From positions 5,028-69,027 of the forward strand of contig JBAQBC010000118.1 of assembly GCA_049286035.1 (NCBI GenBank): a DNA stretch of 64,000 nt, read 5' to 3'. The stretch comes from Xanthobacteraceae bacterium (GTDB lineage Bacteria > Pseudomonadota > Alphaproteobacteria > Rhizobiales > Xanthobacteraceae). The first letter of the stretch is position 1, and each line of letters begins with the position of its first letter. Position numbers and translations under genes: made by a program. Below are positions 36,640 to 46,035 of the stretch, piece by piece. The notes under the pieces are model-generated. The model was not told the DNA's origin and did not search any database. It saw nothing but the letters and a program-made list of their open reading frames with translations.

Positions 36640-38763
36640 TCACGCGGCGGCGGGCGCGGCAAAGCCGCGTTTGCGAAGGAGTGCGTCCGCGGTCGGCAGC
36701 CGCCCGCGGAAGGCCGTGTAGGCTTCGGCCGGGTCTTGCCGGTCGCCGGCGGCATAGACGCAGTCGCGCAGCCGTTTCGCGGTGGCGGGATCGAAAATGT
36801 CGCCGGTCTCCTCGAAGGCGGCAAACGCGTCGGCGTCGAGCACTTCCGACCACATATAGCTGTAATAGGCGGCGGCATAGCCGCCGCCAGCGAAGATGTG
36901 GGCAAAGTGTGGCAAGCGGTGCCGCATCACGATTTCGTCCGGCATGCCGATCCGGGCGAGGCTTGCCGCTTCGAACGCGCGCGCATCGAACGATGGATCG
37001 CTGGGATTGGGCGGGGGCAGCGCATGCAAATCGAGATCGGTCTCGGCGCAAGCAATGTATTCGACCGTGGCGAAACCTTTGTTGAAATTGCGCGCGGCGA
37101 CGAGCCGGGTCAGCAGTTGTTCGGGCATCGGCGCGGCGGTCTGGTAGTGCAGGGCGAAGCGCCGCAACAGTTCCGGCTGCTGTAGCCAATGCTCGAACAA
37201 TTGCGACGGCAGCTCGACGAAATCGGTGGCGACATTGGTGCCGGCAATCATCGGGTAAGTAACCGAGGAAAGGAGGCCGTGTAGCGCATGCCCGAACTCA
37301 TGGAACAGCGTGCGCGCGTCCTCGAAGCTCAACAACGTCGCCTCGCCGCCGGGCGCCTTGGTGAAATTGCAGACATTCACGATCAACGGCGTGACATCGC
37401 CGTCGAGCTTCTGCTGGTCGCGGAGCGAGGTCATCCAGGCGCCGCTGCGCTTTGAAGCCCGCGCGAAATAGTCGCCGAAGAACAAACCGATCTCTTTGCC
37501 ATCAGACCCGGACACCTGCCACACCCGCACGTCGGGATGCCAAACCGCCGCGTCCGGGCGCGGCGTGAAGTTCAAGCCGAACAGCCGGCTGGCCGTGTAG
37601 AACGCCGCTTCGACCATGCGCTCGAGGCTGAGATATGGCTTGATGGCGGTTTCGTCGAAATCGCACACGCGCCGGCGGAGCTTTTCGGCGTAGTAGCGCC
37701 AGTCCCACGGCTCGAGCTTGAAATTGCCGCCGTCTTCCTGGATTAGCGCCTGCATCGCATCGCGATCCGTCAGCGCGCTCAACCGCGCCGGCCGCCAGAG
37801 CGCGCCAAGCAGATCGCGCGCCGCCGCCGGTGTCTTCGCCATGGCGTCATCGAGCCGGTAATGCGCGAAATCCGCATAGCCAAGGAGCCGCGCGCGCTCG
37901 GCGCGCAGCCCAGCCATCTCGGCGATGATCGCTTTATTGTCGGTCGAGCCGCCGTTGTCGCCACGCATGACGAAGCCGCGAAAGACCTTTTCGCGCAGAT
38001 CGCGGCGATCGGAAAATTGCAGGAATGGCTCAACCGTGGAGCGCGACAAGGTCACCGCATGACCGTCGATGCCGCGCTCGCTCGCCTCCGACAGCAAAGA
38101 CTCGCGGATGAAATCGGGCAGCCCGGCAAGATCGGCTTCGCTTTCGAGCCGCAGCGTGAAAGCCTGCTCGTCGGCGAGGACGTTCTGGCTGAACGCAGTG
38201 CCGAGCGCCGCCAGCCGCTCCATGATGTCCGCAAGCCGCCGCTTCGCGGCATCGTCGAGCGCGGCGCCGGCGCGGCGAAAGCTGGTGTGATAGCGTTCGA
38301 CCACCCGCTTCTGTTCGGCATCCAGCCCAATGTGCTCGCTGGTCGCCATCACGGCGTCGATGCGCCGGAACAGGGCGGCATTGGTGTGGATCTGATTCCA
38401 GTGGCGGGCGATCTGCGGCGATATCACCCGTTCGATTTCCTGCAGGGCGTCATTGGTATCTGCGCCGGCGAGGAGGGAAAACACGTTGTCGACCCGCTCC
38501 AGCGTCCGGCCGGTCAGCTCGAGCGCGGCGATCGTATTCGCAAATGTCGGCGGCGCCGGCTCGGCGGCAACGGCCGCGATCTCCGCCGCGTGCTCGGCGA
38601 GTGCCCGTGCGTAAGCCGGCAGGAAGTGCTCGGCCCGAATGCGGGGGAACGGCGGCACGCCAGCAAAGGCGGTCCAGTCATCTAAAAGCGGATTGTCGCC
38701 CGGCGCGATCGTCGGGCCGGCAGGACTATTCCCGAGGAGGGCGGGGGCTTCGATCTGGGGCAT
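36640..38763 (-). CDS. dcp: M3-family peptidyl-dipeptidase
   Basis: HEFGH zinc motif (LFHEFGHALHGLLS). About 700 aa and colinear with Dcp. The first ATG is at 38763. The ORF track starts at TTG 38781. Confidence 0.85.
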   Translation of the reverse strand: MPQIEAPALLGNSPAGPTIAPGDNPLLDDWTAFAGVPPFPRIRAEHFLPAYARALAEHAAEIAAVAAEPAPPTFANTIAALELTGRTLERVDNVFSLLAGADTNDALQEIERVISPQIARHWNQIHTNAALFRRIDAVMATSEHIGLDAEQKRVVERYHTSFRRAGAALDDAAKRRLADIMERLAALGTAFSQNVLADEQAFTLRLESEADLAGLPDFIRESLLSEASERGIDGHAVTLSRSTVEPFLQFSDRRDLREKVFRGFVMRGDNGGSTDNKAIIAEMAGLRAERARLLGYADFAHYRLDDAMAKTPAAARDLLGALWRPARLSALTDRDAMQALIQEDGGNFKLEPWDWRYYAEKLRRRVCDFDETAIKPYLSLERMVEAAFYTASRLFGLNFTPRPDAAVWHPDVRVWQVSGSDGKEIGLFFGDYFARASKRSGAWMTSLRDQQKLDGDVTPLIVNVCNFTKAPGGEATLLSFEDARTLFHEFGHALHGLLSSVTYPMIAGTNVATDFVELPSQLFEHWLQQPELLRRFALHYQTAAPMPEQLLTRLVAARNFNKGFATVEYIACAETDLDLHALPPPNPSDPSFDARAFEAASLARIGMPDEIVMRHRLPHFAHIFAGGGYAAAYYSYMWSEVLDADAFAAFEETGDIFDPATAKRLRDCVYAAGDRQDPAEAYTAFRGRLPTADALLRKRGFAAPAAA

Positions 38764-38815
38764 TGGCAGGGGTCTTAGCAAATGCGGCTGCAGGCATGAT
38801 ATAGGGACGGGACAC

Positions 38816-38857
38816 CAGGTTGTTCGTGACAGGTTGTTCGTGACAGGTCGTTCGTGA
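38816..38857. repeat. 14-nt tandem direct repeat x3 immediately upstream of the DapA-family gene SD
   Basis: CAGGTTGTTCGTGA CAGGTTGTTCGTGA CAGGTCGTTCGTGA, followed by GGAGAG and ATG 38868. Confidence 0.85.
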
Positions 38858-38867
38858 GGAGAGTCGA

Positions 38868-39821
38868 ATGCCCCGCCATGCCCATTACGCGCCGCACGGC
38901 GTGATCCCCGCCGTCCTGCTGCCGTTCGCCGATGATCTGACGATCGACGACAAGAGCTTCCGCAAGCACCTCACCGACGTTGCCGCCGCCGAGGGACTTT
39001 CGGCCGTTACGGTTAACGCCCATTCCACCGAGGTCGCCTCCTGCAGCTTCGACGAACAGCGTCGCGTTCTCGAAATCGCGCAGGACGAAATCGGCGGGCG
39101 CCTGCCGATCATCAACGGGATATGGGCTGACGGCAGCATCGAGGCCGCCCGCATTGCGCGCATGGCCGATGAGGGCGGAGCATCGGCGCTTCTTGTCTTC
39201 CCGCCGGCGCCGTTCACGTTGGGCCAGAGCCCGGCCATGGCGGTCGAGCACTTCAAGCGCATTGCCGACGCCACCAGCCTGCCGCTCGTCGTCTTCCAAT
39301 ATCCGCTGGCGACCGGGCAGGGCTATCCGCGCGACACGCTCTTGCAGATGATCGAAGCGGTGCCGACCATCCGTGCGATTAAGGACTGGGCCGGCAATGT
39401 CCAGCAGCACGAGATGCACATCCGCACGCTGCAAGCCTTAAAGCGCCCGGTGAACGTGCTGACCACTCACAGCTCCTGGCTTTTGAGCTCGCTGGTGCTT
39501 GGCTGCAACGGGCTCCTCTCCGGCAGCGGCAGCGTGATAGCAGACCTGCAGGCGGCTCTGTTCCGGGCGGTGCAGCGCAACGATCTGGCCGAGGCGCGGC
39601 GCTTGAACGACCGCATCTATCCGCTCGCATGTGTCTTCTATGCTGAGCCCTGGGCCGACATGCACAACCGCATGAAGGAGGCTTTGGTGCTGCTCGGACG
39701 CCTGCCGCGGGCGGTGGTGCGCCCGCCGCTGGTCAAGCTCAGCCGCGCCGAGATCGACCGCATTCGCACGGCCCTCGTCGAGGCGGGGCTTTTGGGCAAA
39801 GCCGCGCGCGATGCGGCGTGA
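38868..39821 (+). CDS. dihydrodipicolinate synthase / N-acetylneuraminate lyase family protein
   Basis: 317 aa. DapA-family pattern (GVIPAVLLPF, TVNAHSTE, ...IKDWAG with the Schiff-base Lys context). Confidence 0.8.
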   Translation: MPRHAHYAPHGVIPAVLLPFADDLTIDDKSFRKHLTDVAAAEGLSAVTVNAHSTEVASCSFDEQRRVLEIAQDEIGGRLPIINGIWADGSIEAARIARMADEGGASALLVFPPAPFTLGQSPAMAVEHFKRIADATSLPLVVFQYPLATGQGYPRDTLLQMIEAVPTIRAIKDWAGNVQQHEMHIRTLQALKRPVNVLTTHSSWLLSSLVLGCNGLLSGSGSVIADLQAALFRAVQRNDLAEARRLNDRIYPLACVFYAEPWADMHNRMKEALVLLGRLPRAVVRPPLVKLSRAEIDRIRTALVEAGLLGKAARDAA

Positions 39822-39888
39822 GCCAAAAGCCAACCCAAGCTAAAGCCAGCCTTGAAGTGGCCGTCGGATCGGGATAACTCCTGCCGCG

Positions 39889-40143
39889 ATGAATGACCCG
39901 TTCCCCCAGCGCCGCCCCCGCATCCTCTGGCAGAACCTGCTGACCGTGGTCAGCGCCGCGATCTTGATCAGCGCCGAAGTGTTCGGCGCGGCGTTTGCCG
40001 GCAGCTGGGCGATCGCCAACCTGTTCGCGCTCGGCACGCTCGGCGCGCGCGTGCTCGACGGGCTGTTCATGCTGTGCGGCGTCGCGGTGATGGTGCAATT
40101 CGTGCGCGCGGCGCACCGCGTCGAGCCGTTCACTGCCGATTGA
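39889..40143 (+). CDS. small hypothetical membrane protein (84 aa)
   Basis: Two or three hydrophobic helices (LLTVVSAAILISAEVFGAAFAGSWAIANLFALGTL, LFMLCGVAVMVQFV). No recognisable family. Confidence 0.45.
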   Translation: MNDPFPQRRPRILWQNLLTVVSAAILISAEVFGAAFAGSWAIANLFALGTLGARVLDGLFMLCGVAVMVQFVRAAHRVEPFTAD

Positions 40144-40169
40144 CTCGTCGCCTGCTGTCCCTCGTGCAC

Positions 40170-40619
40170 AGGCGGGTTTGTCTTTTTACGTTTCCTTAAA
40201 ACAAAAAAGGTTGCACGAGCGAACTAAATCGCTTATTGCGGATTTGCCCAATTTCGCACGTGCCTGTGGCCGTGTGTCGGTCGGTGGGCATCCGGACAAG
40301 AGGCCGGACAGCCGCCTAAGGAAGCTACTTCCTTGCTCCCGCGACCGGCAGCCGGAGGCGAACCGGCGATGCCCGCTCTCCACGGGCGACGCGGCTTAAA
40401 GCAACGACGGAAGGGCTTTTTTGGTTACTGCCGGCGCGAATGCCGGGGACACCGAAAGGGCTTGTCCTTCTTTGCCAACAGTGCGGAACGGGATTTCCCT
40501 AATCCGGACCGAGGCAGCAATCACGGCGACGTAAGTACTCCTCCATGTGGGGGAGCGTCAGCGTCGCAGGAGGTTTAACTCGGCGGCTACGCCGCCAGCC
40601 GGATTAGGAGCTGGGTGAA
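40170..40619 (+). promoter_or_regulatory. long structured 5' leader of the ornithine decarboxylase gene; candidate speF-type RNA element
   Basis: About 450 nt with no credible ORF, directly upstream of an alphaproteobacterial eukaryote-like ODC. That is the known genomic context of the speF leader motif. CTCCTCC (40538-40544) is complementary to the SD AGGAG (40606-40610). Confidence 0.4.
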
Positions 40620-41750
40620 ATGACTGCACGCATCCGCGAATTCCTCAAGCAACGTACCGATATCGGACCCTGCCTCGTCGTCGATCTCGACGTTGTGCGT
40701 GAGAACTACCAGAACTTTGCCAAGGCACTCCCGGACACGAAAGTGTATTACGCCGTCAAGGCCAATCCGGCGCCGGAAATCCTCAAACTATTGGCCGATC
40801 TTGGTTGCTGCTTCGACGTCGCCTCGATCGCCGAGACCCACGCTGCGTTCGCGGCCGGCGCCACCGCCGACCGCATCTCCTACGGCAACACGATCAAGAA
40901 AGAGCGCGAGATCGCCGAAGCTTTCAAGCTTGGCGTGACCCTGTTCGCGATCGATTGTGAGGCCGAGGTGGAGAAAGTCGCGCGCGCCGCGCCGGGCGGC
41001 CGGGTCATCTGCCGCATCCATTGCGACGGCTCGGGCGCCGAGTGGCCGCTGTCGCGCAAATTCGGCTGCGAGCCCGCCTACGCTGCCGACATCCTGGAGC
41101 TCGCCCATAAGAAGGGCCTCGTGCCCTACGGCATCTCGTTCCATGTCGGCTCGCAGCAGCACAATGTCCAAGCTTGGGACCGTGCGCTCGCTTCGACTGC
41201 GGCGATCTTCCGCACCTGCGCCGAGCGCGGCATTTCGCTCGCCATCGTCAATCTCGGCGGCGGGTTTCCCGCGCGCTATGTGCGCAAGACGCCGAAACTC
41301 GAATCCTACGGCAAGGCGATCTTCAAGGCGCTACGCAAGCACTTCGGCAACGACCTGCCGAACACATTCGTCGAGCCGGGCCGCGGCCTGGTCGGCAATG
41401 CCGGCATCATCGAGGCGGAAGTGGTGCTGATCGCCAAGCGCAGCCCGGAAGACGAGGTTCGCTGGGTCTATCTCGACATCGGCAAGTTCCACGGTCTTGC
41501 CGAGACCATCGGCGAGTCGATCCGCTATCCGATCCGCACGACGCACGATCGCGATGAGACCGCGCCGTGCATCATCGCCGGCCCAACCTGCGACTCAGTC
41601 GACGTGCTCTACGAGAAGACGCCGTACCCGCTGCCGGTTTCGCTCGCGATCGGCGACAAAGTCTTGATCGAGGCGGCCGGCGCCTATACCGCGACCTATT
41701 CCTCGGTCGGCTTCAACGGCTATCCGCCGCTGCGGCAGTATGTGATCTGA
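40620..41750 (+). CDS. odc: ornithine (or lysine/ornithine) decarboxylase, type III PLP-dependent
   Basis: 376 aa. The PLP-Lys motif YYAVKANP, then HVGSQQ, GGGFP, EPGRGLVGNAG and CDSVD. Confidence 0.88.
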   Translation: MTARIREFLKQRTDIGPCLVVDLDVVRENYQNFAKALPDTKVYYAVKANPAPEILKLLADLGCCFDVASIAETHAAFAAGATADRISYGNTIKKEREIAEAFKLGVTLFAIDCEAEVEKVARAAPGGRVICRIHCDGSGAEWPLSRKFGCEPAYAADILELAHKKGLVPYGISFHVGSQQHNVQAWDRALASTAAIFRTCAERGISLAIVNLGGGFPARYVRKTPKLESYGKAIFKALRKHFGNDLPNTFVEPGRGLVGNAGIIEAEVVLIAKRSPEDEVRWVYLDIGKFHGLAETIGESIRYPIRTTHDRDETAPCIIAGPTCDSVDVLYEKTPYPLPVSLAIGDKVLIEAAGAYTATYSSVGFNGYPPLRQYVI

Positions 41751-41774
41751 CGCCGCGCGCTCGTCGCGGGATTC

Positions 41775-42107
41775 TCATTTCGGCTGAACCTTGGGGTCGC
41801 CGCCCGGGCTACCGGGCGGCGGGATCACCGGCATTTTCCCGGTCTCCGGTGTCGGCGCTTTAATGCCCGGGTCGACGTTCGGCGGACAAATCACGCCGCT
41901 ACCCTGGTCGAGTTTTTCGCTCAGCGTCTTCGATGGGTCGCCGCCAAGCTCAGAGCAAGGCTTCTGCACGGCGCTCGGCGCTTGCGCGCAAGCCAGCGAA
42001 ACGCCTGCAAGCGTGAGCGCCAGCGCGATTCCATAGCTGGCAACGATCGCTTTCACATCGGAATAACGAATGGCGCGACGCGCCAGTTCCGGCTTTTCGA
42101 CGGTCAA
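41775..42107 (-). CDS. small secreted Pro-rich protein (conserved hypothetical)
   Basis: Signal peptide KAIVASYGIALALTLAGVSLACAQA, then ...GVICPPNVDPGIKAPTPETGKMPVIPPPGSPGGDPKVQPK. TTG 42107 overlaps the upstream stop (TTGA). GTG 42056 is an alternative start. Confidence 0.6.
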   Translation of the reverse strand: MTVEKPELARRAIRYSDVKAIVASYGIALALTLAGVSLACAQAPSAVQKPCSELGGDPSKTLSEKLDQGSGVICPPNVDPGIKAPTPETGKMPVIPPPGSPGGDPKVQPK

Positions 42108-43144
42108 CCGAGATCGACAATGCCGGCTTCGCCGCTTTCCGTGCCCCAGGCGAGCAGGCGGCCGTCGCCGCTCCAGGCCAGCGCCGTGACCGGCGCGTCG
42201 CCGGGTTTCTTGGCCAGGATCTCGGCGCCGTCTTCGATGCGCGCCAGCAGCACGAGGCCGTTGTTGTAGCCGGCGGCGACGACGTCGGTGCGCGGATGGC
42301 AGGCGACGACGTCGATGCGGTGCCCGGAAGGCGTCAACAGGCGAGGGGTCTTGCCCATCGGGCCGTCCCTGCTCTGGAACGGCCACAGTACGAGTTGCGC
42401 TGCGCCGGAGGTCGCGAGCCAATGACCGCCCGCGCTCCAGGACGTTGACATGACCCGCGCCGCATAGCCCGACATTCGCATGTGCTGGCGATCGACGAGC
42501 CGCCAGCCATGCAGCATCGGCTCCTGCATCGTGGTCACCAGGAAGCGGCCGTCGGGGCTTACCTTCGCGCCAAGATGCGAGCCCTTCCATTCGAGCTTCT
42601 CCGGCGCGGCGCCGGACGCATTGGGAAACCAGAGCGTGGCGCCGTTGTAACGGGCGATCGCCAGGCGAAAACCCTTGGGGAAGAAAGCGAGCCCGCCAAC
42701 GGTCGATGGCGCCTCGAACGCGCGCGGTTCCCTATGCGATTGCTTGTTCGATTGGCTGTTCGATTCTTTGGCCTGCACATAGGCGGTCTTGCCGGCGGAC
42801 CAGGCGACTGCACCGTCGGGACCGAGCGCGACATGATCGATCCAGCGCTGTTTCGGGTCGCTCGCCAAGACACTGCTTGCGCCGTCGGCGTCAGTGGCGA
42901 CGATTTTGCCATCGTCGCCGGCAGTGACGACGCGCCCGTCATCGGCTGCTGTATCGAGGATAGCCCCATCATGCGCGGCGACCCGGCGCGGTTCACCGTC
43001 CGGCGGGACCAGCACGATCGCCTCTTCACCGAGAACGAACGCGGCGATGCGGCCGAGAAAATGCGCGGCGACAATCACGCCACCGGCGGCAATCGGCCGG
43101 GTGCGTTCGACGACCGAAACTGTGTCGCTGCCGCTCGCCGCCAT
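42104..43144 (-). CDS. WD40/beta-propeller repeat protein
   Basis: 346 aa with repeated strand patterns (VTAGDDGKIVATD, VAWSAGKTAYV, LATSGAAQLVLW, VVAAGYNNGLVLL, LAWGTESGEAGIVDL). Confidence 0.75.
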   Translation of the reverse strand: MAASGSDTVSVVERTRPIAAGGVIVAAHFLGRIAAFVLGEEAIVLVPPDGEPRRVAAHDGAILDTAADDGRVVTAGDDGKIVATDADGASSVLASDPKQRWIDHVALGPDGAVAWSAGKTAYVQAKESNSQSNKQSHREPRAFEAPSTVGGLAFFPKGFRLAIARYNGATLWFPNASGAAPEKLEWKGSHLGAKVSPDGRFLVTTMQEPMLHGWRLVDRQHMRMSGYAARVMSTSWSAGGHWLATSGAAQLVLWPFQSRDGPMGKTPRLLTPSGHRIDVVACHPRTDVVAAGYNNGLVLLARIEDGAEILAKKPGDAPVTALAWSGDGRLLAWGTESGEAGIVDLG

Positions 43145-43160
43145 CGATCTTGGCTCTACG

Positions 43161-44246
43161 CTATTGCGCGATACAGCTTTCGAAGCCTTCGGTGATCATC
43201 TTGCCGGGCAGATTGCGGCCAATGAAAACGATGCGGCTGACGCGCTTCTCGCCGGCCTTCCATGGCCGCTGATGGTCGCCGTCGAGGATCATGTGCACGC
43301 CCTGGAAAACAAACCGCTGGTCGTCGTCTTTGAACGCGAGAATGCCTTTGCAGCGCAGAATATTCGGGCCTTCCTTCTGCACCAGGTCTTGCACCCAGGG
43401 AAAGAATTTGTCTGGGTCGAGCGGCTTGTCGGTGTGCAGCGCAATCGATTGCATTTCCTCGTCGTGATAATGCTTGAGGCCGCCGTGCGCATGCGCGTGG
43501 TCGTGGCCGTGATCATGGTTGTGATCATGGTCGTGATCATGATCATGGTGATGATGATCGTGATCGTCGCTGCCGAGGAAGTCAGGCTCGAGATCGAGGA
43601 TGCGATCGAGATCGAAGGCATTGCGGCCCAGCACCGCGTCCAACGGAACCTTGGCGCGCTGCGTCCTGTGCACCTTGGCGTAAGGATTGATACCGCGAAT
43701 ACGCGCCTCGACGTCGCTTAATTCATCAGGCGAGACGAGGTCGGTCTTGTTGATCAGGATAACATCGGCGAAGGCAATCTGATTCTTGGCCTCCGGCGCG
43801 TCTTTGAGCCGCTCATTGAGCCATCTGGCGTCGGCGACGGTGACAACGGCGTCAAGCTTGGTCTTTCGCCCGACATTTTCGTCAATGAAGAAAGTTTGCG
43901 CGACCGGCGCCGGATCGGCAAGCCCGGTGGTCTCGACGATGATGGCGTCGAATTTTCCTTTTCGCCGCATCAGACCGTCGAGAATGCGCACGAGATCGCC
44001 GCGCACGGTGCAACAGATACAGCCGTTGTTCATCTCGAACACTTCCTCGTCGGCACCGACCACGAGGTCGTTATCGATGCCGATTTCGCCGAATTCATTG
44101 ACGATCACGGCGTATCGCTTGCCATGGGGTTCGGAGAGAATGCGGTTGAGCAAGGTCGTTTTGCCGGCGCCCAGATAGCCGGTCAGCACCGTCACCGGGA
44201 TCTTTTCAGACACCGGGATCTTTTCAGACAAAGACTGCTCCGACAT
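43161..44246 (-). CDS. COG0523-family metallochaperone GTPase (CobW/ZigA/YeiR-like) with a His/Asp-rich insert
   Basis: P-loop GYLGAGKTTLLNRIL, the CxCC metal motif (NGCICCTVR), the tract DDHDHHHHDHDHDHDHNHDHGHDHAHAHGG, and a CobW C-terminal domain. Confidence 0.9.
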   Translation of the reverse strand: MSEQSLSEKIPVSEKIPVTVLTGYLGAGKTTLLNRILSEPHGKRYAVIVNEFGEIGIDNDLVVGADEEVFEMNNGCICCTVRGDLVRILDGLMRRKGKFDAIIVETTGLADPAPVAQTFFIDENVGRKTKLDAVVTVADARWLNERLKDAPEAKNQIAFADVILINKTDLVSPDELSDVEARIRGINPYAKVHRTQRAKVPLDAVLGRNAFDLDRILDLEPDFLGSDDHDHHHHDHDHDHDHNHDHGHDHAHAHGGLKHYHDEEMQSIALHTDKPLDPDKFFPWVQDLVQKEGPNILRCKGILAFKDDDQRFVFQGVHMILDGDHQRPWKAGEKRVSRIVFIGRNLPGKMITEGFESCIAQ

Positions 44247-44395
44247 TCTTATCTCCTGGCGTTTGGCTTAAGGGCCTCGCGCCTGTGTTGGCGGCATTGA
44301 TCGCAGCTATTACGAAGCTGCCGGGACGCTATATAGGCAATCGCGGTCGCGGCCAAAACCCCGCCGAGTTGGTACCAAGTTCGCACCAGCATTGC

Positions 44396-45265
44396 TCACG
44401 CTTCAAGATGGCGGCGCGGTAGAGCGAGCCAAATCAGGCCGCCGACCGGCCCGAACGCGAGCGACAAGAGGTAGATAAATCCCGCGACCAGGATGATAGC
44501 GGGTCCGGACGGCAGTTCGGCGCGGAACGAGAGGATGAGGCCGGCATAGCTGGAAATCAGCGCGCTCGCGACCGCGGCTGCGATCATCGCAGTCACGTCA
44601 CGAGCCCAGAATCGCGAGGTTATCGCCGGCAGCATCATGATGCCGACGGCAAGCAAGGTACCGAGCACCTGGAATCCGCCGACGAGATTGAGCACGACCA
44701 GCGCGAGGAAAGCGACATGGGCCGCTGCGCCGGCACGGCTGATCGTGCGCAGAAAGCCCGGATCGACCGATTCGAGCACCAGCGGACGCCAGATCAAGGC
44801 CAGCACGATGAGCGAAACCGACGTGATCGCGAGGATAAGAACGAGCGCGCTGTTGTCGATGGCGAGCACGGAACCGAACAAGAAATGCATCAGATCGATA
44901 TTGTTGCCCTTCAGCGAGACGATCGTGACGCCGAGTGCGAGCGAAATCACGAACAGTGCCGCAAGCGAAGCGTCTTCCTTCAGTTGCGTCGAGCGCGAGA
45001 TCAGCCCAGCGCCGATGGCGATGAGAAACCCGGCGACGAGACCGGCGCCGGCCATTGCCGGCAAACTCAAGCCAGCGAAAATAAAGCCGATCGCGGCGCC
45101 GGGCAGGATGGCATGCGCCATGGCGTCGCCAATCAGGCTCATGCGCCGCAGCATCAGAAAGACACCGATCGGCGGCGCGCCGAAGGCGAGCGCGCACGTG
45201 CCAAGGAGCGCTCGCCGCATAAATTCGAAATCCGCGAACGGAGCGATCAGATTGTCGTACAGCAT
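44396..45265 (-). CDS. znuB: metal (zinc-type) ABC transporter permease
   Basis: 289 aa with about 8 TM segments. ZnuB/MntB-family pattern (FMRRALLG, GDAMAHAILPG). It sits downstream of znuC behind a Zur box. Confidence 0.8.
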   Translation of the reverse strand: MLYDNLIAPFADFEFMRRALLGTCALAFGAPPIGVFLMLRRMSLIGDAMAHAILPGAAIGFIFAGLSLPAMAGAGLVAGFLIAIGAGLISRSTQLKEDASLAALFVISLALGVTIVSLKGNNIDLMHFLFGSVLAIDNSALVLILAITSVSLIVLALIWRPLVLESVDPGFLRTISRAGAAAHVAFLALVVLNLVGGFQVLGTLLAVGIMMLPAITSRFWARDVTAMIAAAVASALISSYAGLILSFRAELPSGPAIILVAGFIYLLSLAFGPVGGLIWLALPRRHLEA

Positions 45266-45279
45266 CGCGTGTGTCTGAC

Positions 45280-46020
45280 TTATTCAGCGGCCACGGCGCA
45301 GGTCTCGGCGGCATCGTCGAAGGCCTCGCACATACGCCGGGCCTTGTTCAGATTCTCGACCGTGAGCACCTCGCGGGTCGGACCCCAGGCGACCGGCTCG
45401 CGCGCCAGCAATAAGGTCTCGGGAAAGATCGCTCTGACCAGATCGACATCGTGAAGTGCGGCAAGCACGGCCCGCCCCTCGCCATGCCAGCGTTGCACCA
45501 GCGCTAAGAGTTCGGCGGAGGTCCGCGCATCGATCGCGGCGAAGGGCTCATCGAGCACAATAAGACGTGCGTCCTGGGCAACCAGGCGTGCGAACAACAT
45601 GCGTTGCATTTGCCCGCCGGAAAGCGTGCCGATCGGGCGCCGCTCGAACCCGGTCAGCCCGACCGCGGCAATGGCCGTTTTGATGGCGTGATGATCCTTT
45701 CCCGCGAAGCCGCCCAACACCCCGCGGCTGCGCCACAGTCCCATCGCCACCATGTCGTAAACGCCGATTGGAAACGAACGGTCGATATCGGGCGCTTGCG
45801 GTAGGTAGGCGACGCCGCGGCCATCGATTCCGTCGCGCTTGATCGAGCCCGCGAGCGGCTTGAGCGTGCCGGCGATTGCCTTGAACAGGGTCGACTTGCC
45901 GGCGCCGTTGGGGCCGACCACCGCAAGCAGTGCGCCGTCCTTCACGATTCCGTCGAGATGATGCACCGCCGGATGGCGGTCATAGCCGAGCGTCAGATCT
46001 TGCAATCGCAATTGCGGCAT
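45280..46020 (-). CDS. znuC: metal (zinc-type) ABC transporter ATP-binding protein
   Basis: Walker A GPNGAGKST, the signature LSGGQMQR, and Walker B LIVLDEP. Confidence 0.85.
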   Translation of the reverse strand: MPQLRLQDLTLGYDRHPAVHHLDGIVKDGALLAVVGPNGAGKSTLFKAIAGTLKPLAGSIKRDGIDGRGVAYLPQAPDIDRSFPIGVYDMVAMGLWRSRGVLGGFAGKDHHAIKTAIAAVGLTGFERRPIGTLSGGQMQRMLFARLVAQDARLIVLDEPFAAIDARTSAELLALVQRWHGEGRAVLAALHDVDLVRAIFPETLLLAREPVAWGPTREVLTVENLNKARRMCEAFDDAAETCAVAAE

Positions 46021-46035
46021 CGTTTCGCTCGGCGA

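Noticed and set aside
41775-42590. 271-aa ORF overlapping the WD40 gene.
   Set aside because: The upstream two-thirds is an Arg/Pro-rich out-of-frame shadow of the WD40 gene. Only the last 94-111 codons (signal peptide plus Pro-rich tail) look genuine.
43495-43570. Microsatellite-like GTGATCATG/GTGATGATG DNA repeats.
   Set aside because: This is the coding sequence (minus strand) of the His/Asp-rich tract of the COG0523 GTPase. It is not an independent repeat element.
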